NCBI GenBank assembly: GCA_963785305.1
Contig: CAWAUV010000008.1
Span: 896,001 to 960,000 of the forward strand
Direction: 5' to 3'
From: an uncultured Planctomycetaceae bacterium
Lineage (GTDB): Bacteria > Planctomycetota > Planctomycetia > Pirellulales > PALSA-1355
Length of the DNA: 64,000 nucleotides
Numbering within the stretch: position 1 is the stretch's first letter; every line of letters starts with the position of its first letter. The position numbers and the translations under genes were made by a program. Positions 55,383 to 64,000 of the stretch are shown one piece after another. The notes beneath the pieces are model-generated. The model saw only the letters and a program-made list of their open reading frames with translations. It was not told the origin of the DNA and did no database searches.

Positions 55383-58300
55383 ATGGTCGATTTTGGAGGG
55401 ATGTTGCTCGCCGAAGCAGCTGCCGGGGCCGAGCCCATGACCCTGACCGCCAAGGCGGTCATTGTGTTCATCGTGGCGACCGTCACCATCGCGCTGAGCT
55501 ATGCGGCGGCCGAGAAGCTGCGAATGCCCGACCAAGGCGGCCGAATCGCGCTGGTTCTCTCGACCCTCACGCTGGCCCTGGCGATTTGCTATCTCGACTG
55601 GCCGCCGAAAAAAGGCATCGACCTAAGCGGCGGCGTGGTGCTGATCTACGAAGTCGACCGCTCGCAGCAACAGGCCGAAGGCACGCGAAACGCGGTGAAG
55701 GTGATCAACGATCGGCTCGAGCGACTGCATGACACCGGCGCCAGCGTGAGCGTCAATTCCAAGTACCAAATCGAAGTCAGCGTGCCCGAGAAAGACCAGG
55801 AACGGGCCGTGGTTGATCAGATCGCGGCGATTCAAAGCCCGGCGTTTACGCTGACTCCGGCCGGCAAGGCCGGCGAGGGCGACCGCCGCAAATTGATCTA
55901 CGACTTCCATCAAGACGACAAAGTCTTGAACATGGAATCGCTGATCTCGGCCGTGACCAAGCGCATCAACCCGACCGGCGTGCTCGAAGTGACCGTGCGC
56001 TCGTTCGGCTCCGATCAACTGGAAATCATTATTCCCGATGTCGATACCCGCAGCGCCGAAGACATCAAACGCAAGATCAGCACCAGCGGGTTGCTCGAGT
56101 TTTGGATTCTCGCCGACCGCAGCCAAGCCTCGGATCGCCGCTTGATCGATGTCGCCGAGCGAACCACGGGCCGCGAAGTCTTCGACCATGGCCGCATCGA
56201 GGGCCGCTGGGTCGTGGTCGACCGGCCCGGCGTGATCGGCGGCAACGATGTCACGCGTCAAAGTCCGAATCGCGGAACCGAAGTGCTGGTGCGCGTCGAG
56301 CCGACACCGCCCAATGGCCACGATCCGAACGTCAAGGGCAAGGACCTGGCGCATGCTAGCGCCGAGCGTGGTTTGGAAGGTCCCACGGTGAACTTCTCGC
56401 TCACCAGCGAGGGCGCCGGCAAGTTTGGCCGATTGACCGATAAGTACAAGGAAAACGAGCAAACCCACACCACGCGTCGGCTCGGGATCGTATTCGACGA
56501 CCACTTGCTCAGCGCCCCGGTGATTCGGAGCAGAATTTCCGACAACGGTCAGATCACCGGCGGCTTTTCCGACAAGGAAGTCAATTTCCTGGTCGAGATG
56601 CTCAATGCCGGCAGCTTGCCCGCGGCGCTCAGCCCCGAACCGGTGAGCCAACAGGTGATCAGCGCCCAACTGGGCGAGGAGACCGTGGTCAAGGGCAGCA
56701 ACGCGATGGTCGTCTCGACGATCTGCGTGCTCATCTTCATGCTCGTCTATTATCGCTTCGCCGGAATCGTGGCCGACGTGGCGGTGCTCATGAACATGGT
56801 GCTGACCATGGCCCTGATGCTGATGGTAAACGCCGCGATCACCCTGCCCGGTCTCGCCGGCTTCGTGCTCACCGTGGGCATGGCGGTCGACGCCAATGTG
56901 CTGATCTACGAGCGGATGCGCGAGGAATCCGTCAAGGGCGCCTCGCTGCGCATGACGATTCGCAACGGCTTCCATCGAGCGATGTCCACCATTATCGACT
57001 CGCACATCACGACCGTCATCTCCGGCATCGTGCTGTTCGTCGTCGGCACCGATCAAATCAAAGGCTTCGCCGTCACGCTCGTGCTCGGCCTGGTTTGCAG
57101 CTTGTACACCGCCGTGTACGTGGCCCGGGTCATCTTCGACATTGCCGAGCGCAAGCGATGGCTCACGCAACTCAGAATGATGCAGTTCATCGGCGACACG
57201 AACATCAACTTCGTGCGCTGGCGCGGTCCGGCGATCGCCGCCTCGCTGGTCGTGATCGCCATTGGCATGGTGGCGGTCGTGAGCCGCGGGGCGGGCCTCT
57301 TGGATATCGACTTCACCGGCGGTTCATCGGTGCAGGCCCTGTTCGACCAGCCCAAGCATATCGCCGACGTGCGGCACGAGCTTTCGGACTTGAGCGATCT
57401 GGCGGTAAGCAGCGTGGGCGACAAGGGCGTTGAGTTCAAGATCGACACCTCGGAGCCGGATATCCACGAAGTGGAGCGCAAGATCACCGCGACCTTCGGC
57501 AAGGAACTGGCCTATTACCGCATGAACTTCAGCGATCTGAAGCCCTACGAGGAATCCGCGAAGCCGGCCGCTCCCGCGGCGCCTGCGAACAAGACCCCCG
57601 CCGCGAAATCGGAACCCGGCCCGAAAAGCGAACCGAGCGCGGAGAACAAAGCGTCTGAAAGCAAAGCGCCTGAGAACAAAGCGCCTGAAAGCGCGATGCC
57701 CGACAAGAACGAGCCGGAAAAGAAGGATACTGAAACCAAAACGCCCGAAAGCGGCGCCGCGCCGACTTCGGAAAAACAAGGAGCCGTGGGGCGCGTGACG
57801 GCGCGCCTGGTCTCGTGGCCCCAGCGCGCGGCTCTGGCTCACGTGGCCCTGGCCGCGGCCGATTCCGAGTCGCCGGCCACGGCGGCGCCCTCGGAAGCCA
57901 AGCCCGAGGCCGCAAGCGCGGCGGCATCGCCCGAGGCCGCGAAAGCGTCCGAATCCAACGCGCCTGAATCGAACGCGACGAAACCCGAGGCGACTCAACC
58001 GGAAGCAACGAAGCCGGAAACGACGAAGCCGGAAGCGGCCGAGTCAAAACCCGAGGCGCCGGAGTCCAAACCCGCCGAGCCGGCCCCGCCCACCAAGGGC
58101 GTCACGACCGAGCTCGATTTTCCCCAGCCGATTTCCTATGTCGTGCTCGAGCGCATCTTCGAGGAGCAACTCAAGAAACAAGGCCACGAAGACACGCGTT
58201 TCGAATTGCTCAATCCCGATTACAAGCTCGGCAGCAGCCTCGCCTACAAAAACTGGACACTCCGGATAATGCTGCCGGAAAATGAAACCCATTCGCTGCT

Positions 58301-58976
58301 GGAAAACATTCAAGCGACATTGAAAGCGCGGCCGGTGTTTCCGTCGTCGAATCAAATCGGCGGCAAAGTGGCCGGTCAGGCGAAGAATAGCGCGGTGTAT
58401 GCGCTGCTCGCGGCGATGGCGATGATCGTGATCTACATTTGGATTCGGTTCCAAAATGTGATGTTCGGCTTTGCCGCCGTGTTGGCCTTGCTGCACGATG
58501 TGTTGGTGACCGTGGGTTTCCTGGCCTTGAGCACTTGGCTCGCGCCGGTGTTTGGCTTCTTGCAGGTCGAGGATTTCAAGATCAGCCTCTCGGTCGTGGC
58601 GGCGTTGCTCACGATCGTCGGCTATTCGATCAACGACACGATCGTGATCTTCGATCGCATCCGCGAGATTCGCGGCAAGAGCACCGACCTCAACGAAACG
58701 ATGATCAACTTGAGCGTCAACCAGACCCTCGGCCGCACGCTGCTCACCAGCGGCACCGTGCTCATCGGCACGGTCATCCTCTACTTCGCTGGCGGCCAAG
58801 GTATCCACGCCTTCGCCTTCGCGATGCTCGTCGGGTTGGTCTCGGGCACTTATAGCACCGTGTACATTGCCTCGCCGGTGCTGTTGTGGCTCCGCAAGAG
58901 CGACGACGGAAAGAGCGGCTCGGGCAACCGCCAGCGCGGCGTGGCGGTGACCGGCTCGCGAAAAGCGACCGGCTAG
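55383..58976 (+). CDS. secDF: fused protein translocase SecDF with a long low-complexity insertion
   Basis: GIDLSGG, LNAGSLPA, TLPGLAGFVLTVGMAVDANVLIYER, IDFTGG, TIVGYSINDTIVIFDRIRE. Confidence 0.96.
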   Translation: MVDFGGMLLAEAAAGAEPMTLTAKAVIVFIVATVTIALSYAAAEKLRMPDQGGRIALVLSTLTLALAICYLDWPPKKGIDLSGGVVLIYEVDRSQQQAEGTRNAVKVINDRLERLHDTGASVSVNSKYQIEVSVPEKDQERAVVDQIAAIQSPAFTLTPAGKAGEGDRRKLIYDFHQDDKVLNMESLISAVTKRINPTGVLEVTVRSFGSDQLEIIIPDVDTRSAEDIKRKISTSGLLEFWILADRSQASDRRLIDVAERTTGREVFDHGRIEGRWVVVDRPGVIGGNDVTRQSPNRGTEVLVRVEPTPPNGHDPNVKGKDLAHASAERGLEGPTVNFSLTSEGAGKFGRLTDKYKENEQTHTTRRLGIVFDDHLLSAPVIRSRISDNGQITGGFSDKEVNFLVEMLNAGSLPAALSPEPVSQQVISAQLGEETVVKGSNAMVVSTICVLIFMLVYYRFAGIVADVAVLMNMVLTMALMLMVNAAITLPGLAGFVLTVGMAVDANVLIYERMREESVKGASLRMTIRNGFHRAMSTIIDSHITTVISGIVLFVVGTDQIKGFAVTLVLGLVCSLYTAVYVARVIFDIAERKRWLTQLRMMQFIGDTNINFVRWRGPAIAASLVVIAIGMVAVVSRGAGLLDIDFTGGSSVQALFDQPKHIADVRHELSDLSDLAVSSVGDKGVEFKIDTSEPDIHEVERKITATFGKELAYYRMNFSDLKPYEESAKPAAPAAPANKTPAAKSEPGPKSEPSAENKASESKAPENKAPESAMPDKNEPEKKDTETKTPESGAAPTSEKQGAVGRVTARLVSWPQRAALAHVALAAADSESPATAAPSEAKPEAASAAASPEAAKASESNAPESNATKPEATQPEATKPETTKPEAAESKPEAPESKPAEPAPPTKGVTTELDFPQPISYVVLERIFEEQLKKQGHEDTRFELLNPDYKLGSSLAYKNWTLRIMLPENETHSLLENIQATLKARPVFPSSNQIGGKVAGQAKNSAVYALLAAMAMIVIYIWIRFQNVMFGFAAVLALLHDVLVTVGFLALSTWLAPVFGFLQVEDFKISLSVVAALLTIVGYSINDTIVIFDRIREIRGKSTDLNETMINLSVNQTLGRTLLTSGTVLIGTVILYFAGGQGIHAFAFAMLVGLVSGTYSTVYIASPVLLWLRKSDDGKSGSGNRQRGVAVTGSRKATG

Positions 58977-59133
58977 TGCTTTGTCACGGCTGAAATGATA
59001 GGTAACCCCGTGTGCCACGCCCACGCCCAGCGTGGGCATGTTTTCGAGCGCCACGCGGAGTCCTCATGCCCACGCGGGGCCGTGGGCATGGAACACGGAA
59101 CGAATCCAATTCGTCATTTCAACGGGCTGCTAG
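58973..59133. mobile_element. REPIN/MITE-like element bounded by CTAG at both ends
   Basis: CTAGTGCTTTGTCACGGCTGAAATGA...TCATTTCAACGGGCTGCTAG; first CTAG contains the secDF stop; near-identical to the reverse complement of 18195-18363. Confidence 0.8.
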
Positions 59134-59165
59134 CGCAAATGCCGTGGGCAATGGCGCGCGAGTGT

Positions 59166-60879
59166 TCAAGAATTTCCGCTGGTTTGCCGCGGCGGTCGGC
59201 CGTTGGCTTGGGCGACGTGGCTACCCCACTCGCGCAGCTCCTCGCTGCAGTCGTGGGGGTCGATCGGAACCTCGATCAGGCACGGACCTTCGTGGGCAAG
59301 CGCTCGCTCCACGGCCCGGTCTAATTCACCGACGGTCGAGGCGCAGTCCCAGCCCGGCGCCATCGTCGGCGTTAAAGACCTTCATCAGCCCGGCGTAGTC
59401 CCAGTTCTTGATGCGGTTGTAGGGGCCGTCGTGGATCTCGGCCTCGATCGTGTAGCCGCGGTTGTTCAGCAGCACGATGATCGGCTTGGTCCCGTGCCGC
59501 ACCATCGTCGAGACCTCCTGCGCGGTCAACTGAAACGAACCATCGCCGATCATCGCGATCACGCGTGTCGGACTCGCGCAGCCCAGTTCGTAGCCCAACG
59601 TGGCGGGGCAACACCAGCCGATCGAGCCGGCTTGGAACTGAATCTCGAATCGGGCGCCGCGAGGCAGCTTCATCTTTAGCCCGTTGAACCACGAGTCGCC
59701 CGTTTCCACCAACAGCGCCGTGCGTTCGCCCAGCAACGACTGCACCTTGGCGACCACCGCGCGCATCGTTAGCGGACTGTCGGGCGCGCCGGACGCGCCG
59801 GCGACCGGCGCCAAGCCAGTCCGGCCGCGAGCAAACGATTCGAGCGAGGTTCGGTTCGGTCGAACCTTCTCGGCCAGCGCCGCCAGAAAATCAGCGAGGG
59901 CGATGCCCGTGTAGCAGGCCCCGGGGAGGCGAACCTCATCGGGCCCGCCGAGCAGCAGCTTCTTCGGATCGATCAAGGCCGAGTAGCCCGTCGTGGAATA
60001 ATCCGAGAGGATACCGCCGGCGAACAGGTAAGCGTCGGCCGACTCGACCAGCGACGCCACGCCCGGAGAACTGACCGGGCCCCAGTACATGCCGGCGTAG
60101 CTTGGGTGGTCCTCGGGAAACATGCCCTTGGCGGCGGGCTGAACCGCCACGGCATACCCCGCGGCGTCGGCCAACCGGCGAAACGCGGCCTGGACCTCCG
60201 GCGGCCGGAGGCGCGGGCCGGCGACGAGCACCGGCCGGCTGGCGCCTTTCAACAGCCTCGCCGCGTGGGCGACAGCGGCGGCGAGGGCCGATGGGTCGCT
60301 CGGCCAGACAGTCCGGAAGTCGCGAGGCGTCGGGGCGGACGCGTCGAGCGCCGCCAGATTGCAGTCGATCTCGAGGTATACCGGCTTGCGGCGACGCAGG
60401 GCCGTGTCGATGGCCCGATCGATCATCACGGCGGCGTCTTCCAGGCGGTGAATGGCGAAGGCGCCGGCCGTGACATGCTCGTAAATTTGCCGCTGGTAGT
60501 CGTAACGAACTTCGCCCAAGGAGTGATGGATGATGTGCCCGTCGGCTTCCGAATTGCTGTTCACGCCGCCGGAAATAACGATGATCGGCAAGTCTTCGGC
60601 ATAGGCGCAGGCCACGGCGTTCAGGGCGCTGAGCCCGCCGACGCTATACGTCACCACGAGCGCCCCGACCCCATGGGAACGCGCATATCCTTCCGCGGCA
60701 TAGCCCGCATTCAGTTCGTTGCAGCAGCCGATGAACTCCAGGCGGGGGCTCTTCAGCAGTTGGTCAAGCAGCATGAGGTTGAAGTCCCCCGGCACGGCGA
60801 AGTAATGGCGAACCCCCACCTGCTCCAGCCGCCGGGTCAAGTACTCGCCGACCGAACATTGGATTCCGTTGTCTTGCAT
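59166..60879 (-). CDS. pdc: pyruvate decarboxylase, Zymomonas/Acetobacter type (frameshift near 59340)
   Basis: VPGDFNL, CCNELNAGYAAEGYAR, HHSLG, ETGDSWF, GDGSFQLTAQE, NNRGYTIE, HDGPYNRIKNWDY, C-terminal DCSEELREWG..VA.AN.RPP; AAAGGAG RBS. Confidence 0.85.
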
Positions 60880-60977
60880 GCCATCGCTCCTTTGAAGAAC
60901 CGAAGAATCCGACTTGTCGACAATATCGCCGCGGCGCTTCGGCGCCGGCCGGTCGTCGAGAACGATGCGAAAGGGAT

Positions 60978-62676
60978 TCACTCGCCGATCGTGAAGTCCT
61001 GGTACTCGGGCGCCCATTGCGTGGATGCGACCCGGGCCCGGAGTTCTTCAGGAGCGGTCTTTGGCGCGACCCCAGCCCGCTGGGCTTCCAGGCCCACGGC
61101 CGTGGCGATCTCGCGGGCCACCGACCGGATGTCCCGCAGCGCCGGCAGCAGGGAGCCGGCCGGGTCCTTCCGCGCCGGGGACTGTTCGCCCAGCGCCCGA
61201 GCCGCGGCCAGCATCATGCCGTCCGTCACCCGTGTCGCCCCCGACGCGACCACGCCGAGGCCGACCGCCGGGAAGATGAACACATTGTTGCACTGGGCAA
61301 TCGGGATCGTTCGGTCGTCATACCGCACGGGCGCGTAGGGCGATCCAGTGGCGACCAGTGCCCGGCCGCCGGTCCATTGGATCAGGTCGGCGGCGGTGGC
61401 CTCGGAACGGGCCGTCGGGTTCGAAAGGGGGAAAATCACTGGCCGCTCCACCTTGCGGGCCATCTCGCGGACAATCGGCTCGGTGAACGCGCCGCTGACG
61501 GTCGAGAGTCCGATCAAGATGGTCGTCTTGATCTGGCCAATCACATCGGCCAACCCAACGGCGCCCTGCGATGTCCGCGGCCACTTCGCCAAGCGCTCGG
61601 CCGGCTGGGCGTAGACGCGCTGCTCGGGCGACAGGTCGGCGCGACCCGTGTGGAGCAAGCCGTCGCGGTCCACGAGCCAGAACTGGCCGCCCGCCTCGGC
61701 CTCCGAGAGCCCGTCTTGGACCATGGCCGCCCTCAGATAGTCGGCCACGCCGACGCCGGCCGAGCCTGCCCCGAGAAAGACGATCCGTTGGTCGCGAATC
61801 CGCTGGCCCGTCGCGCCCACGGCGCCGAGAATGGCGCCCAGGGCGACGGCCGCGGTGCCTTGGATGTCGTCGTTGAAGGTCAGCAGTTCATCGCGGTAAC
61901 GCTCCAAGATGGGCCGGGCGTGGGGCGTTGCGAAATCCTCCCACTGCAAGCACGCGTTGGGTAGCTCCCGCCGCACGGCCTGGACGAACTGATCGACGAA
62001 GTCGAAGTAAGTCTGGCCGGTAACCCGCTCGTGGCGCCAGCCGAGATACTCGGGATCTTTGAGCCGTTCCGGGTTGTTGGTCCCCACATCCAACATGATC
62101 GGCAATGTGCGCTCGGGGCGGATGCCGCCGATGAGCGTGTACAGCGAGAGCTTGCCGATGGGAATACCCAAGCCGCCGGCTCCCTGGTCGCCGATGCCCA
62201 GAATGCGCTCGCCGTCGGTGACGACGACGACGTCGACCTCCGGGTTCGGGCGGTTTCGCAGCAGCGCGTCGATCGAGTCGCGGAGCGGGTAGGAGACGAA
62301 CAGGCCGCGCGGCCGGCGGTAAATATGGCTGAACCGCTCGCACGCCAGCGCCACCACCGGAGTGTAGACTAGCGGAGTCATCTCTTCGATATGATCAACG
62401 AGCAGCCGGTAGAAGAGGACTTCGTTGTTGTCCTGCAACGCGCAGGTAGATATGCCGCTCCAGGTCATCGTCCTTGCACTGGTAGGCCTCATAAGCGCGC
62501 ACCACCTGATGGTCCAGGGTTTCGACCTGCGGCGGAAGAAGCCCATGCAGCCCGAACCGGCTCCGCTCATCGAGAGTAAACGCCGTGCTCTTGTTGAGGA
62601 TCGGGCACTCGAGGAGGTCGGCGCCGCGCAGGCCACCCGTGGAAGTCGATGGCCGAGGATTTTGGAGCGTGGTCAT
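60978..62676 (-). CDS. maeA: NAD-dependent malic enzyme (frameshift near 62440)
   Basis: LNKSTAFT..ER...L.GLLP, VYTPVV, VTDGERILGIGDQG, QWEDFA, FNDDIQGTA, GAGSAG, PLSNPT, QCNN.FIFP; AAAGGAG RBS. Confidence 0.93.
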
Positions 62677-62951
62677 GGTCGGACTCCTTTCGTGTCGTTT
62701 GCTTCCGCGAAGCCATCCGCGCGCCACGCCGGGCCGCGTGGAGAAGCCGCTTTCGCATGTCCTGGGTTGCCTCGCTCGCCACGCAACCACGAGCCACGTT
62801 GGATATTAGCGGTCGCGTGGCGTGTCGTCCATGACCTTCCAAGCGTGGTAGTGATACCATTTGAAGAAAAGTAATTATTTTCCGTCGAAATCGCGTAATT
62901 TCCCGAATTGGTCTAGGGAAAAGTGGCGACACTACATAGCGGCCGGCGTGG

Positions 62952-63338
62952 CTAGATTTTGAAGATTCGCGCCTTGCCGCTCTGTTGAATCTCGGCGCAT
63001 GTTCCGGCGACTACGTTTGAAGCAAAGGAATCAATGCGTTCCCATCGGTTTATTATCCATCGCGCCTGACCCCAGCCGGCAGGAAACTTTCCCCAAAACG
63101 GACCAAGCCAAAGCGAGATTACGCCGGACTGTCTGATTTCGATTGCTTCGGCCTGCCGTGACCGTTGCTTGTGGTCGTATGTGATATAGACATCGCACAC
63201 GCTCTTAAGTTGCCGCAGAAACAGCGGATCGCCAATGGACTCTGGGAAATGCTCGCGCAACGCGAACGCTTCCACATCAAACGCGCGGAGCATCAGCGGG
63301 AGCTTGGGGGAGAGATTGTTATCGAAGAAGTATTTCAA
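62952..63338 (-). CDS. PIN-like (VapC45-type) putative toxin
   Basis: MKYFFDNNLSPKL, D..F, YITYD, R...E acidic PIN pattern; overlaps the stop of the DUF433 gene (ATGA). Confidence 0.75.
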   Translation of the reverse strand: MKYFFDNNLSPKLPLMLRAFDVEAFALREHFPESIGDPLFLRQLKSVCDVYITYDHKQRSRQAEAIEIRQSGVISLWLGPFWGKFPAGWGQARWIINRWERIDSFASNVVAGTCAEIQQSGKARIFKI

Positions 63339-64000
63339 GCGGCGAGGGAGCGTTCAAAGGCGACCGCTGCGCGAACGGCAGCGACGGGAATGTTTAGCCA
63401 CCTTGCAACGACGTCGGGACTTTGCCCGCCTCCTGCCTGCACCGCTTCATAGATAACGCTCGTTGAAACGCCAGTCTCGGCGTCGATTGGCTCGCCAAAT
63501 TTTCGCAAGGGGTCCAAGACGATTCGCCCGCGCTTGCGAAGCGGCCAAAATTTGGAAACCGTTTCGTCAGCTCCTCTGTATTCCAGCTTATGGAAAAACG
63601 GGCGCAGAATCGACGTGAAAACCAATTGGCCCTTGGCCAAATCCTCGACGATTACGCCTCTGGAATTCGCCTTGGCGAGCGTCGCGAATACCGTCTTGCC
63701 GTCAGTATCAAACCGCTTCACTGTAAATGGGTATTCGGTGTTGAATTGCTTTGCGGCGGCCCTGGATGCTTTGCGAATTGCCTGGAAAGAGACGCCTTGC
63801 GCGAAATAGCTGAATGAAGTGGACTTCCATCAGCTCGCGAAAGCTCAAGAGCTTTTCGGACTTCGGAAAGTGCCGATGCACGATGCCGCTCTTATCGTTC
63901 AGCCAGCGGCGCACGGTTTCCGGGTACGCACCGAGAGCCGTGAGACATCGGCGATCGAGTACATGCCAACCCCGACGTGCGAATTGGCTTTGGTTTCCGT
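63335..64000 (-). CDS. HTH + DUF433 (VapB45-type) putative antitoxin, frameshifted and truncated by the window edge
   Basis: GMYSIADVSRL..ETVRRW HTH; LSFRELME; FDTDGKTVF; IVLDPLRKFGEPI...GVST..IY; VRAAVAFE. Confidence 0.8.

Noticed and set aside
62782..62796. sigma-54 promoter for maeA (minus strand TGGCTCGTGGTTGCG)
   Set aside because: GG-GC spacing is one base short of the strict requirement

Overview
GC-rich chromosomal window, most likely from a planctomycete (Pirellulales-like gene content: PQQ beta-propeller paralogs, FGE-sulfatase, HEAT/TPR proteins, ACIII-caa3 operon). About 20 otherwise conserved genes are split by single-base frameshifts, which points to an unpolished long-read assembly rather than real pseudogenes. 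From left to right the window holds: a general-stress gene cluster (DUF883, CsbD, DUF1328, HPt) with five sigma-54-type -24/-12 promoters; a Zn-ADH; an extreme Gly/Tyr/His/Met-rich secreted TPR protein; a flavodoxin; a HEAT protein; a REC-GGDEF cyclase; a GH144-like glucanase; RluA; Dabb; a complete alternative complex III + SCO + A2-type caa3 oxidase operon followed by DUF3050 and exbB/exbD; an unusual sigma-54 module (six-box palindromic enhancer array, -24/-12 promoter, pseudo-receiver, membrane J-domain protein, sensor-less bEBP, degenerate bEBP); FGE, GT2, PAP2; two PQQ propellers; murA; a YhaM-like HD protein; yajC-secDF; a malic enzyme + Zymomonas-type pyruvate decarboxylase pair; and a lower-GC DUF433/PIN toxin-antitoxin pair. 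A family of CTAG-bounded REP/MITE-like elements sits at gene stop codons. All calls come from reading motifs by eye; no database searches were run.
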